Virus record (IMG/VR): IMGVR_UViG_3300032240_000604
Location: 1-26,589 of that record
Origin: a virus
Taxonomy: Duplodnaviria; Caudoviricetes
Reading direction: 5' to 3' (one strand)
Length of the DNA: 26,589 bases
The translations under genes and the position numbers were made by a program. Of this stretch, positions 17,701 to 25,881 are shown one piece after another. The notes beneath the pieces are model-generated. The model was not told the origin of the DNA. It did no database searches and saw nothing but the letters and a program-made list of their open reading frames with translations. Position 1 is the first letter of the stretch. Every line of letters starts with the position of its first letter.

Positions 17701-19320
17701 AAGTTCATTCTTCTTGGCAGTTTTAGATTGCTCATCAAGGATTGCTGCGGCTTCTTCCACCGATTGCACGTGCGCAATTTGAAATTTGTTAGCCGTTTTA
17801 GCTACCGCTTCAAAACCCTTTTGAACAGATGCTTGTGGATTATTAGCATTAAAAGTAAAGCTGACAAGTTTATTTCCTGTTTCAGAGTTGGCTTGAATAA
17901 TAGCTTTAGTAATGTCGCGCTGGTGTGGCTCCATCGCTTTGTCTAGAGGAACAACCGCATCAGCTACAGCATTAACACTTGGGCCAAAAAGTGGCTTACC
18001 TAAGAACTGCCCTTGCTTTGCTGCAGGATCAGTAGTAATACCAAAATCTTGCATGGCTTGTTCGCGGGCTGCTTGTTGTGCTTGTGCTTGCTGAATCTTT
18101 TGAGACTCAGCCTGTGCTTGTTGCTGAGCAACTGCAATATCTGTTGACCCACCAGTAACTGCCGGAGGTAATTCACCACCAATAAGTTTAGAGCGCCCAG
18201 CCAAGGGATCAGCACCACGGCCAGTTAGTCCAGCCATAATCCCAGCAGACGGCGCAGGCGGCAATGGCGCAGGTGGAGTGAACTGTTGTGTTGTTAATGG
18301 TGGTTTAGATTGGTCATCACTAGCAATAGCCTGAGACACATCGTTTCCAGAACGACGCCATCCGCCAAGGGCTCCGCCAGCAACACCGCCTAGCGTAGCG
18401 CCGCCAATGAAAGATTCTTTAAAACGTTCTTGGGCAGCATCACTAAAAAATTGCTCGTTTTTATCAACCGACATGCGGCCAATTTGATTAAGCATTTCTT
18501 GGCCAGTTTCAGACGCGCCTTCTTTTAAACCAACGCCAGTGGCAGTAGCTGCAGTACGAGCAGCAGCACCTTTGAGCCCAGTTCCTTTATCAAGAAGGTT
18601 GACTGAATTTTTAAATAAGTTACCGCGCATCAATGCGCTTTCCACACCAACTGCATTTAAGGCAGCGTATGGGACGGCTAGGGCTGCGGCTACGCCACCA
18701 CGAGTTTCGCCAGATTGTTCTCTTTGGTTACTTAGTACATCACCAACAGCCGATGGATACGAAGCAGCAACACCGCCAACCTCAGAACCAATATTAAGAG
18801 CGCGTTTGGCTTTGGCAACAGCCGCAGTATCACCAGCAAGTTCCGCAGCAGAAAGGGCTGCACGAGTTCCCGTCATAGCACCACGGGCGGCAAGTCCGCC
18901 AACTAAAGCTTCTGCGGCATAAGGTACAGATTGAATAGCCAGATTCTTGGCGTAACTACCAAAGTCACCAACCCCGTGGACATTCTTCCACTCATCGACA
19001 GCACCAAGCTCACGAGCGCGTTCCGCAGCAATATCTGCCTGCAGTTCGTTTTCTTGTCTATTACCCCGTAGGTATTTACTGACACCAGTAAGGCCAACAC
19101 CCTTGGCTACTTCCTCTCCTACACCGTAAAGTCCTGCTTGGTAGCGGTCAATAGACGACGAGAATTGTTGTGAAGTCAGTCCGCCCTTTGGGACCTTATA
19201 CCCAACCTCAGACGAAATTTCTGCTGGGTCAATTCCAAAGTCTTTGGAGGCTCTGCGAATTAAATCAGCGTCTGACTCTGCATCTGGAAATAACGCACGT
19301 AGTTGATCTAGTGTGGCCAT
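11731..19320 (-). CDS. giant internal virion/ejection polyvalent protein (HTH-like, L,D-transpeptidase-like, zincin, PLxRFG-like regions)
   Basis: 2529-aa ORF, third in the internal-virion cluster. Motifs: AIHAV...SWGCINV; THEVGH...ELFA; YAYLGRYGDY; Gly/Ala-rich hydrophobic N- and C-terminal segments. Confidence 0.85.
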   Translation of the reverse strand: MATLDQLRALFPDAESDADLIRRASKDFGIDPAEISSEVGYKVPKGGLTSQQFSSSIDRYQAGLYGVGEEVAKGVGLTGVSKYLRGNRQENELQADIAAERARELGAVDEWKNVHGVGDFGSYAKNLAIQSVPYAAEALVGGLAARGAMTGTRAALSAAELAGDTAAVAKAKRALNIGSEVGGVAASYPSAVGDVLSNQREQSGETRGGVAAALAVPYAALNAVGVESALMRGNLFKNSVNLLDKGTGLKGAAARTAATATGVGLKEGASETGQEMLNQIGRMSVDKNEQFFSDAAQERFKESFIGGATLGGVAGGALGGWRRSGNDVSQAIASDDQSKPPLTTQQFTPPAPLPPAPSAGIMAGLTGRGADPLAGRSKLIGGELPPAVTGGSTDIAVAQQQAQAESQKIQQAQAQQAAREQAMQDFGITTDPAAKQGQFLGKPLFGPSVNAVADAVVPLDKAMEPHQRDITKAIIQANSETGNKLVSFTFNANNPQASVQKGFEAVAKTANKFQIAHVQSVEEAAAILDEQSKTAKKNELEQINAIHQALTGEDTSGYIASQQSEVAKGAKNGKLQLQNNAGVRKVPVQGGARETSNGGNGPVRPAQVQPIGTAGLGEGSLGLQTGQLSAEGVRAGANGSAVANDVGQPTQNAQVSGAQNATTQGTTGQQQAAVSSTAQNATERQANEYTGAIPSELQAQSDEEQRVQEVPNLIRNALRMIYKSDRKVELLLYLTEEGNRGNYGELAKEYGVTEQYVKELASDAITDKGETHPRFITKNLDKFLEAVNYQAETMNVSLLEALDGLETIREAYAENATNGALGTTVDEGDLINTGMEIQNVKERVDNQGKGTGKIDRTNVSDLAEEGNKMEALMQQYLDLSNELEAANEANDGRVEDLEKQVAELTAKIADAEKKEKARVRATAGKQAPKETENAVQVESTDEGNVRQPAGSGEEVGKANAKPKKLAGARRVKVEAKPVEEVKQEVKTPEEQWMALADQFPGMPPYEGLTKDEKIRWDDVASRGVANLAAANRVLTTTVKAGTTETPSITGDAKTLAPEVEKLTEGQATRLEQHYGAKRGTDDFFSKLGEDVVAYASKGAEAVSAAIRDIIRVVAQGVLAAAIVVNPTLAKVNFQFNLPRVVSQTTEVRAAVPDVAKAKMSEAAQVTYSAVAPIAKQANKAFMIVDKVNAQLHVFHADGNPILQAPSLLGGDVGDTLQGGKKITPAGKFTLKFTADPEYYGGFRYDLAETRQVDGIIAIHAVYTGEASEKRPERLATPTPTDNRISWGCINVSNKNMVDTLIPAKNELNGSLMFVMPENNEGIAQLFPAMTQTIETTEGSVTGKAETRSVVAKEEERLASKSKSFYAVEDLAADFDGVEAANKQLEDMGIGHAMDYVSDWETINDPAEDAINGEIVSQGGRYKVVLNQAKLTSSDHAIETVTHEVGHAVDMAPHGGIYSGQPEMSVVVKDGKITPVGVVAREMYNLYNTNAGWNDYLEYPFNTSKFKEIDNHVVVEGELFAQLFSVYVNPKGRAKLEKVAPQTAAFMAEVIKHVQSTKSLQIQTAATSAQRTLAFRNRNTSAGGQARINPIQRRRETERLASRSASFSEGLDNYLPPAAARPAKSVVTNIITAARNGLLSAAITEDVVNMAGKYMRSAKDYLDAQYARQKTRLEFEMRIERILENFDKLPKNLQGTGADSVNRYILDSTMKRKWGYYPGEDRVGTELFEADQDLAARFDAFPDDAQQIIKDVFDHGYTALELKKNAVSKAVEREFAERERAAIGDADALEQLQKERKEMVSRLTRLQNIDFTVPYAYLGRYGDYIVVAKSKEFKHWEERAKLNDFDVKRAKAWLDDHVSSPDHYVVQFAETQGEADQLASELIATGKFDMDGTEAGPKEAAASYIGDDLHLAVSRARNLANRQKGEGSEELDKLLGDLYLMTAAENSARKSEIARKYVYGANENMMRNLATSGRADAHFLSTMEHNDEITGSLEKMREEARRNYKEAMPLYNELYTRQSNSMDYKQPALLSRALTQATSLWFLSTSPAFYLQQILQTGVLSLPYMAGRLGYFRSARAIKAAYSDIGALVKGLGVTDHVDFSKAPADVRGMLQTLVGMGKIDISIDSDAKARAGEQGTLGKVVRKLQGVNNRIETINRATAAIAAYRGYLQRYGANNTEAATKFAAEVVSNSHGSYDGFNTPRVLSSDVGRVVGQFKRFQIIQLSMLAKLIHTSFKGASAEEKMVARRALSFITGHMAVLGGALGVPFVMQIGNLLVKLFGDEDEPDDLEYKLRQAIGDKTLADLLLNGVPAAMGVNLSGKLGMGNVASILPFTDVDLSSRSGYEKVMVGMMGPFFGGLAPKFIDGAGMIGKGEYYKGLELLMPNGIGNAMKGVRYANEGITMRNGDVVMKPEDISIVDAAFQAVGLPTTAITNRQYTQNVKAEFDKFYADKATEIKGAYVDASRDGDSGAMADARKDWEDLQASRRKNGYKIQPMSELFMAVSAAGKRQRSVVNGVETSKSNKQFVANII
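14490..14666 (-). CDS. nested +1-frame ORF D (58 aa)
   Basis: GAGGT-8 nt-ATG; MSSLQNRFKSKQQQLLRKEPSR...RPSPKG*. Confidence 0.4.
   Translation of the reverse strand: MSSLQNRFKSKQQQLLRKEPSRSEIVTPARAVKPVSILFKDEEKQSALPVEARPSPKG
16365..16523 (-). CDS. nested +1-frame ORF C (52 aa, MPFKS-type small basic phage protein)
   Basis: AAGGA-8 nt-ATG; MPFKSKAQMREMFANQPEVAKKWAKLTPNPKSLPEHV... Confidence 0.65.
   Translation of the reverse strand: MPFKSKAQMREMFANQPEVAKKWAKLTPNPKSLPEHVGSKSKPSQSKKSSKK
17181..17342 (-). CDS. nested +1-frame ORF B (53 aa)
   Basis: GGAG-6 nt-ATG, 12 nt after the stop of ORF A; MQPPKEPLVNSKQLF...SPI*. Confidence 0.45.
   Translation of the reverse strand: MQPPKEPLVNSKQLFQVPPKTPQNDKLMNILGQFLQSYKLSQTKSNGSKRSPI
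17355..17606 (-). CDS. nested +1-frame ORF A (83 aa)
   Basis: AAGGAG-6 nt-ATG; MENYNCKTTPGFEKYQSKAEQEKQAMEEMGLYDPLKF... Confidence 0.55.
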   Translation of the reverse strand: MENYNCKTTPGFEKYQSKAEQEKQAMEEMGLYDPLKFNPSEQQVSERDRLVSKLDSYQQKEYGQEPMAAPLPMMLVSPRRTRK

Positions 19321-19333
19321 GCAATACGCCTAG

Positions 19334-20929
19334 TTAATCTCGTTCAAGTGCGGAAGAGACTTCAGCCTCTCGCCGTTTCTTTTGCGCCTCTTGTGCTGCT
19401 TTTTCTGCATCAGCTTTAGTTTTGTAAGTAGATGGTAACCCACTAACAGTAAATATACCTCGCCCACCTTTAACACTAAAGTCTGGAGTTGCCGTTTTCT
19501 TTGTTGGTAAAGCAGAAGTTGGTTTTTCTGGATTAGCTTCAGGGGTAGATTTATTCTTGTCGGCTGCAAGCTTCGCAGCGATTGCTTTATCAAGGCTTGA
19601 AGGGCCTATACCAGTAGCAGGTTTATACGCACCGGGTTTATTAGGATCAGGTACATACAACGCACCACCTTGAGTAACTGTGCCATCAGGGTTAACAGTA
19701 ATTTTGGTATCAGCGTCTGGTTTCTTGAGTGAGTTAATGATCCCAGTAATGTCCCCAGTCTTACGAGCGGCAGCAGTAGCAGCTTGAGTAAGCAACGATT
19801 GGCCTTTTGTGCCAGCTTGCTCTTCTGGTGTAAGCATTTTGAATTCTTCAATAAACGGCTTCATGGCTGCGCCAGCTTCAGCATTGTCTTTAGCCAATTT
19901 AAGCATGTTACCGTAGACGGCAGCATGTGCATTAGAAGCGTTAGCAGCACCCTTGGCTTGAGAAGCTTGAGCACCAAACAAATCAACTTTCAATTTAGCA
20001 GCCAATTCGTTTTCTTGGACAGCCACACCGCGCTCAGTAGTATATTGTTTGCGGGCTTCCATGTATTTGCCGGGCAACGCAGAATACTTATCAAAAGCCA
20101 TATGTTGAAGTGCTTCAGCAGCTGAACTACGGTCGATAGGGGTGCTACCAACAATTTTACCCTTGGAGTCTTTTTGTACAAAAGAAAATGTTTTGCCGTC
20201 AGCAGATGGAACAACTTCAGCAGTCTTGCCATCGTCAAGGTGTGACCCTTTCTTGGCATTGTTATAAGCCGATAAGTTTTCTTTCATCCAACCAACGGGG
20301 TCAGCGTCAATTTTTTTCTGTTGGGTTTGATGCCATGTAGCAAAATCGTCTTCGGCTTGTAATCGTTTAAGTTCAATGCCACTCTTCTTTACATCCATCA
20401 AACCTTTTTCAGCAGAAAGCCCTTTTTCAAAATCAATCCCTTTAAGGCGATTAGCATAATCTTTCTGTGCTTGTTCTTCAGTGTATTTACTTAAAGTTGG
20501 TGCTAATGCAGTGCGTTGTTCTTCAGTTGTAGGAAGCCCAGCCTGAGACCCTTGAGCCAAACGTGCTTGCACATCAGGTCTGTTTTGATACTCAGTATTA
20601 CTACGCAACGTTTGCGCTTGTTGTTGGCGATCGTATGCATCAAAATTTGCATCACCTGACCCTGTATTTAACATTGCCGCTTGTTGTGGGCCAATACCAG
20701 TAGTCTGTGCTAATGGAGCAGTTAAGTCTTCTTGGCCTACTTTACCGTATGTATCTTTAGCAAGCCCCTTAATAGCCGATCGGTCTTCCATGTTTTGCTT
20801 CATCTCTTGCATTTGAAGCTCAAGTAAAGCATCACGTTTTTTTTGTGACTCAATAGATTCCAACATCTGGTATGTATTCATACCTGAAGTAGCAGCGCCG
20901 CCAGCGAAGGCTCCGAAATTAAATCCCAT
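19334..20929 (-). CDS. internal virion (ejection) protein
   Basis: MGFNFGAFAGG start; Ala/Gln/Lys-rich helical composition; position between the other two internal proteins. Confidence 0.7.
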   Translation of the reverse strand: MGFNFGAFAGGAATSGMNTYQMLESIESQKKRDALLELQMQEMKQNMEDRSAIKGLAKDTYGKVGQEDLTAPLAQTTGIGPQQAAMLNTGSGDANFDAYDRQQQAQTLRSNTEYQNRPDVQARLAQGSQAGLPTTEEQRTALAPTLSKYTEEQAQKDYANRLKGIDFEKGLSAEKGLMDVKKSGIELKRLQAEDDFATWHQTQQKKIDADPVGWMKENLSAYNNAKKGSHLDDGKTAEVVPSADGKTFSFVQKDSKGKIVGSTPIDRSSAAEALQHMAFDKYSALPGKYMEARKQYTTERGVAVQENELAAKLKVDLFGAQASQAKGAANASNAHAAVYGNMLKLAKDNAEAGAAMKPFIEEFKMLTPEEQAGTKGQSLLTQAATAAARKTGDITGIINSLKKPDADTKITVNPDGTVTQGGALYVPDPNKPGAYKPATGIGPSSLDKAIAAKLAADKNKSTPEANPEKPTSALPTKKTATPDFSVKGGRGIFTVSGLPSTYKTKADAEKAAQEAQKKRREAEVSSALERD

Positions 20930-21971
20930 GATTCATCACCTTTGAGTAGTCGACGAGTTTGTACCCGTCAGCATGGATAGAAACTGCGCCGGGGATATGC
21001 TCAACTTCATGAGCCATCACACCAATCTGTGGCCCGTGGCCCCATGTGTCGCGGTACTCTGGTTTGTACTGATATGCGTAGAACGGCAAACCGTTATTCA
21101 ATCTGCCAATTGGTTGGATATCTTGCTTGATGCGGATATCAGATGCTTTTAAATACAAAGCAGCGCCAGTACCAAGAGCGGAACCAAGTCCAGCAGCACT
21201 TGCATTAGAAGCATTAGCTGCAGCAGTAGCAGCATTGACATCAGCGTTGTACTTACCAACCCCAATTTGGCCAACGCTGTTCCAACCACCCATAGCAGTT
21301 TGTGCCGCAGAATTAAGCGACCCGCTTGTAGCACCGTAGTTACTAAGAGCAGCTTGACCACCAGCAAGACCTTGACCAGATGCGCCTAGAGCAATACCAG
21401 TACTAGCATTACCTTGCGCTGGGAGTCCGGCATACATGTTGTATACGTTGGCTTGTTTTTGTAGGCCCACATCTTTAGCAGCTTGACGTGTTTGATTAGC
21501 GGCTTGCGCACGCATCAGTGCTTCACCAGCACTAGTTTGTCCACTAGACATCTGGGATACGCCAGACGTTGGATCAATACCATAAGCCTGCTGGCGCATA
21601 GCCTGTTGTTGTCTTTGCTGCTGCATAGCCGAAGTAATGTCAGCAGTAGCACCTTGGGCAAGCTGTTCTTGATAGGCTTCAGTGTTGTACTGGTCAGCAT
21701 CGGCTTTAAGTTTTTCCATCGCTGGAATACCCCCGGCCTCATATCTGGCACGGTCTTGAGTTGCGTATTGTTGTTGCTGTTTAGCAATGCTGGAAGTTAA
21801 ATCGTATTGATCTTGTGCACGCTTCTCTTGTGACTGAGATTGTCTAAGCATCTCTGGATAGATGTCTTTATTGAACATATCCCACTGCTTGGTAGCCAAG
21901 TCAGCTAATTGTTTTTGTGCAATACCGATATTCGGGTCAGCGGCCGGTGCGTTGTACGTCGATTTACCCAT
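20919..21971 (-). CDS. internal virion/DNA transfer protein with C-terminal peptidase S74 (intramolecular chaperone) domain
   Basis: Gln/Ala/Gly-rich body; ASDIRIKQDI...YAYQYK...IGVMAHEV...GYKLVDY. Confidence 0.8.
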   Translation of the reverse strand: MGKSTYNAPAADPNIGIAQKQLADLATKQWDMFNKDIYPEMLRQSQSQEKRAQDQYDLTSSIAKQQQQYATQDRARYEAGGIPAMEKLKADADQYNTEAYQEQLAQGATADITSAMQQQRQQQAMRQQAYGIDPTSGVSQMSSGQTSAGEALMRAQAANQTRQAAKDVGLQKQANVYNMYAGLPAQGNASTGIALGASGQGLAGGQAALSNYGATSGSLNSAAQTAMGGWNSVGQIGVGKYNADVNAATAAANASNASAAGLGSALGTGAALYLKASDIRIKQDIQPIGRLNNGLPFYAYQYKPEYRDTWGHGPQIGVMAHEVEHIPGAVSIHADGYKLVDYSKVMNHGI

Positions 21972-21973
21972 AG

Positions 21974-22390
21974 TTAACTCCTAATCCACTTGCATTCAGA
22001 TTTGAGCATTCCGTATAGGATAGCATCTTCGCCGTCCTCAAACGCTTGTCGGATCACACCTTCTTGGATGAACCCCACATGCTCATCAAATTTTCTTGCC
22101 GCCATGTTACTAGCCCGAACAAGTCCTGTGACTCTGTTGCAGTTAAGCTGCAAGAACGGGTAAGCAAAAAAGCGGAACATAAATTCTTTGGTAGTCCATC
22201 GTTTGCCCGGTTCTGCTGCAACATGCATTGAGACCGAAGCCTTTGTAAACATATTGTAGACAACTCCAGCAATTAACTGACCGTTTTCTTCTATACCTAT
22301 AGCTACGTCAGAGTCCCCAAGTTCTTCACCCATTCGTTCCGATACCCATGAGCGGACTCGAGCGTCCTGACCATATACCATAGACTTCAT
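21974..22390 (-). CDS. GNAT-family acetyltransferase
   Basis: IAGVVY...YPFLQLNCNRVTGLVRASNMAARKFDEHVGFIQEG, a RimJ/RimL-like C-terminal motif; usual position before podovirus internal proteins. Confidence 0.85.
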   Translation of the reverse strand: MKSMVYGQDARVRSWVSERMGEELGDSDVAIGIEENGQLIAGVVYNMFTKASVSMHVAAEPGKRWTTKEFMFRFFAYPFLQLNCNRVTGLVRASNMAARKFDEHVGFIQEGVIRQAFEDGEDAILYGMLKSECKWIRS

Positions 22391-22399
22391 GTCTATAGT

Positions 22400-22603
22400 T
22401 TAACCTGAGCGGTTAATTCTTGAAAGAATTAAATTTACCTGCGTTATTACTTGTGCTAGTGTGGCTGTTGTGGCTAGCGGCGACAGTTCAGTAGACCCCG
22501 GACGAGCACCAGTAATCAACTCCACGTTTTGTTTTAGTGGTTCAATGATCTGCGCCATGTCTAGTGGAAGGGACGCTGTACCGGGAATAGCTGGTTTTCT
22601 CAT
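22400..22603 (-). CDS. hypothetical virion-associated protein
   Basis: ATGA overlap with the upstream tail gene; KPAIP...LKQNVELITG. Confidence 0.7.
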   Translation of the reverse strand: MRKPAIPGTASLPLDMAQIIEPLKQNVELITGARPGSTELSPLATTATLAQVITQVNLILSRINRSG

Positions 22604-24432
22604 GAGTTACGTAACTCCCCAACAGCGTTGGCCATAGCAAATTCACGCAAGCCGACGTTACCTGTAATTTTAATTTCCCATAGGTATTCTTTGCCGCCAG
22701 CGGGTAAGCGGATCGGTTCTTGGCTAGTTACACCAGTGGAATACACCTGAACGCCGTTAGCAAACAAAAGAATCTGGACGTTTCTAACATCTTGCGTAGT
22801 AGGAATTGGCTCTAAAACGCTACCATTGAGGCGTATGCCATTGAGAGGAACGCGGTTGACCGTACTAAAACGAGTGGCTCCGGTAGCCCAGTATGCTTGG
22901 TTAGCCGCAATAATTTGAGCAACAACGGCGTTGTAAGCCGCTACGCTATTGATCGCATCCCAGTCAACTTGGGCTTTCATTACGGCAAAGTTAGTAGGCT
23001 CAGGCAGAATGAACTTCTTAGACTGCCATTGGTAAAACATGTTGTTTACCGTGTCGCCATCCAGTGTGTATAGCAAGTTATCGTTAGGGTCAACGTAGTA
23101 AACAGTTGCAGTTGATCGAGCCACAAACACTGCTTGAGCGGCTACGCTAAGGTTAATTAGAGGCGGAGAATCCCCGCGCATTATCACCAATGCGGCTTTA
23201 GTAGAACCAGACTGGTAGAACCCAAGGTACATGTTTTGGTAAATCACGCCTACCAATAGGGAAGAAGCATAGAGTTGCCACTCGTCGCGGGTAAATAACT
23301 GACGGGTAACGACATCTGCCTGCCCCGGAGCAATAGATACCAAACCATTGGGGCTAGCGTAAAGCACACCAGACTGGTCAGAAGTAATTGATTTCTTAGA
23401 AATACAAGGCTCTGGAAGTGGAACCTTCTCTTGAGACATAGCCCCCGGCTGAGAACCGGTAAGGAGATATGGAGTCTGTGTAGTACAAACTACTAGGGTT
23501 TGCCCGAATACACCAAGACCAACAATAGGTGCACCCACGGTCATCATGTAAGCCACTGGCCACGCATGAGGTAAATATGGCTCACAGAACCATACTTGGT
23601 TGTTTGTAAACCCAGCCAAAATGCCGTTAGGCATGGCAATTAAACCTTGTAATTTGTCTGGCGGTGGCGAATATGTTAACGAAGGTATTACTACGCCAAG
23701 GGCTGCGGCCAGTAAATTGTCTGAGAAAGAACCAGATGCCGCACCCGTTGCTGGATTAACCGTTACTTGGCCTACGTATAAATACGTAGCATTTGATGCG
23801 CTAGTAACTGACCTATAAATCCGAATGGCTGTGATGTTGTATCCAGCGGAAGATGTAGGGGCAGTGCTAAACGCGCTGACTGTAACTGTTGCACCAGTTA
23901 CGTATGTATTGATTGATGCTGCTGGGCTAGGCGCTGATTCTTCAAGAACCGCACCAAAGGTACTAATGTATGTATATACATACGAGCGAGTCTCAGTCGT
24001 TGTACCAACTGTAGTAGACAGTGTCGGAGCCGCAGCAGGAGCTGGAACCCCTAAGTTGTAATAGGCATCGGGAAAAGGTTTTGTACCTGTACCGCTAGTG
24101 GTTGCTAATGCCCAGTTTGTTTTCTTAGGGATAACCCCATCTGTGTAGTACACACGAAAGTCTGTGGTATCAGCCACAGGGCCGGGAACTACGTCTACAT
24201 CTGTACCCCACTCAAGCCATGCTTCTGTAGCCAGCGTAGTGTTTTCTAGTTTGTAAATGGTTTTTACATCAGACAAACCGGGTGTGTATGTTACTAGCGG
24301 CTTTCTCCAAGGGCGTATTTCCCCTGATTGGAGTTTGACGTTGTTGGCTATCTGCGCTTGATTTGGCGCAAGGTTAGTTGGCCCAGTGCGGGGCGAGAGT
24401 CCAGAAAAGTTATTTAACTTCAACGATGGCAT
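22600..24432 (-). CDS. tail tubular/nozzle (head-tail stabilisation) protein
   Basis: FSGLSPR...AQIANNV; YVYTYI...ESAPS; MPNGILAGF...VWFCEPYLPHAWP; YASPNGLV; beta-rich; podovirus gene order. Confidence 0.7.
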   Translation of the reverse strand: MPSLKLNNFSGLSPRTGPTNLAPNQAQIANNVKLQSGEIRPWRKPLVTYTPGLSDVKTIYKLENTTLATEAWLEWGTDVDVVPGPVADTTDFRVYYTDGVIPKKTNWALATTSGTGTKPFPDAYYNLGVPAPAAAPTLSTTVGTTTETRSYVYTYISTFGAVLEESAPSPAASINTYVTGATVTVSAFSTAPTSSAGYNITAIRIYRSVTSASNATYLYVGQVTVNPATGAASGSFSDNLLAAALGVVIPSLTYSPPPDKLQGLIAMPNGILAGFTNNQVWFCEPYLPHAWPVAYMMTVGAPIVGLGVFGQTLVVCTTQTPYLLTGSQPGAMSQEKVPLPEPCISKKSITSDQSGVLYASPNGLVSIAPGQADVVTRQLFTRDEWQLYASSLLVGVIYQNMYLGFYQSGSTKAALVIMRGDSPPLINLSVAAQAVFVARSTATVYYVDPNDNLLYTLDGDTVNNMFYQWQSKKFILPEPTNFAVMKAQVDWDAINSVAAYNAVVAQIIAANQAYWATGATRFSTVNRVPLNGIRLNGSVLEPIPTTQDVRNVQILLFANGVQVYSTGVTSQEPIRLPAGGKEYLWEIKITGNVGLREFAMANAVGELRNS

Positions 24433-24447
24433 ACCCGCCCCTTTACT

Positions 24448-24684
24448 TTACTCAGCCGCAGGAACGTCTGCTTCGGCGTCAGCTTTTTTACGACGGCTGG
24501 TTTTCTCAGCAGGTGCAGATTCGATCTGCTCAGCCAAGGCTTTGCCGTCGTCGTTCAAACTAAATACACCATCATCACCAAGCGAACCTACTTTTTTGCG
24601 GGTTGCCATAATGCCAACAATAATGTTGCCAGCCACCAGCTCAGCGCCAGTTGCTTCCATAAATTGCTCATAGCTTAATGCCAT
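24448..24684 (-). CDS. hypothetical protein
   Basis: GGAG SD; 78 aa with a charged tail. Confidence 0.75.
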   Translation of the reverse strand: MALSYEQFMEATGAELVAGNIIVGIMATRKKVGSLGDDGVFSLNDDGKALAEQIESAPAEKTSRRKKADAEADVPAAE

Positions 24685-24716
24685 TTGAGTCTCCAGATGA
24701 GTTGAACACGTGTGTA

Positions 24717-25193
24717 TTATGACAAGAAAAGGGCACGCTCGTCTCTACGACGTGTTACCAGACCTTTAAGTTCTTTGCCGCCTGCCTTGGTGTATTTCAA
24801 GAACTCGTCTGCCGCACCTTGAATATCGCCGCGAAGAACCTTTTGACGAAGCGTACTACGCTGGAGGGTCCCAAGACCGACGTTAAAACTAAAAGAAACA
24901 AGCCCGTCAAAGTTGCCTTGTGTAAGAGGGACAGGACAGAAATTAGAGACGCCTCGTTCAAACCTTGCCAAATCTGCTCTAAGAATTGCATCGACTTCTT
25001 CCATTGAAAATACACGGTTGTCTTCTGGGCGCAGTTGGATAGCCGCCCTCTGGTCTACAGGCAGCCTAGCCTGTGAGTCATACATCAAGTGACCAACGCC
25101 CACCGTCCATAGATAGACCGAGTCCCGATAAGGCTTTTGCCTCACCCCTTCGTGGTGCTTGATGTCTTCAATACAACGGGCGCTGATGTTCAT
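24717..25193 (-). CDS. endolysin, GH24 lysozyme
   Basis: HHEG...YRD...WTVGVGH (E-x8-D-x5-T triad); FDGLVSFSFNVG; GLVTRRRDE. Confidence 0.95.
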   Translation of the reverse strand: MNISARCIEDIKHHEGVRQKPYRDSVYLWTVGVGHLMYDSQARLPVDQRAAIQLRPEDNRVFSMEEVDAILRADLARFERGVSNFCPVPLTQGNFDGLVSFSFNVGLGTLQRSTLRQKVLRGDIQGAADEFLKYTKAGGKELKGLVTRRRDERALFLS

Positions 25194-25717
25194 TTCTTCT
25201 CAAATGCCTGTGAGCCAAACCAGAAAGCCACGATGGATGCCCAGATTAACTGAGTGTCGTTATCCCACAACTGGTCTAAGCACTCACCAAATGGGACATT
25301 GCTGTGCCACGCATATAAGAATCCAGCCACATCTACAAACACAAGTAAGGCAAACATGCCATATGTAAGGACGGGGCGAACCATTGCTCTAGCGTTAATA
25401 ACCCAAGGAGAAGCGCCTTTGCTGATCTCTATGTCGTGTGCATACAACGCTTGACGTTCTTGCAGTTTGGCGCCAACCATAGCCACATTAGCCTGCTGAG
25501 TAGCCACTTCCGCCTGTACTTTAATCTCATCTAGGTGGATAGCCTCAATGTGTTCTTGGGCTTCTAGACCAGCTTTTTTTAGAGTGAGCTCGCGCTCGGT
25601 CTGCATTTGTGCTAAAGCAAGTTCATGCTTCTTATCCGCACGGTCTTGGAAGAACTCCAATAGTTTGGGCAAGCCCCCCATAAGGAAGGACAGCAGTGTT
25701 GATAGTAATGTAAGCAT
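25190..25717 (-). CDS. putative holin (3TM GTA-holin-like)
   Basis: N-terminal hydrophobic helix; DKKHEL; VRPVLTY; TM segments; FWFGS; ATGA-coupled to the lysozyme. Confidence 0.7.
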   Translation of the reverse strand: MLTLLSTLLSFLMGGLPKLLEFFQDRADKKHELALAQMQTERELTLKKAGLEAQEHIEAIHLDEIKVQAEVATQQANVAMVGAKLQERQALYAHDIEISKGASPWVINARAMVRPVLTYGMFALLVFVDVAGFLYAWHSNVPFGECLDQLWDNDTQLIWASIVAFWFGSQAFEKK

Positions 25718-25881
25718 TATTTTTCCTTTATTTCCCGTTTAAGTTTGCGTAATTCTTTGATCTCTTGCTTGAGCTGCGCTTTCATGTATAGCGTTTCTAT
25801 ATACGCCATTGAAGTTGTCCCCACAATAAGGCATAGGGCAACACCTATCACAATCCATCCGATAAGCCTCGCAGTTGCCAC
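25717..25881 (-). CDS. small TM + coiled-coil protein (about 54 aa)
   Basis: Read manually: (GTG)ATARLIGWIVIGVALCLIVGTTSMAYIETLYMKAQLKQEIKELRKLKREIKEK*. TAATG-coupled to the holin. An alternative GTG lies at 25890. Confidence 0.65.
   Translation of the reverse strand: MATARLIGWIVIGVALCLIVGTTSMAYIETLYMKAQLKQEIKELRKLKREIKEK

Noticed and set aside
18000-20259. Other same-strand alternative-frame ORFs (18000-18218, 18903-19100, 19330-19593, 19606-19851, 19990-20259)
   Set aside because: Leu-rich translations typical of frame shadows of Ala-rich genes, with mostly non-ATG starts and no convincing SD, unlike nested ORFs A-D.
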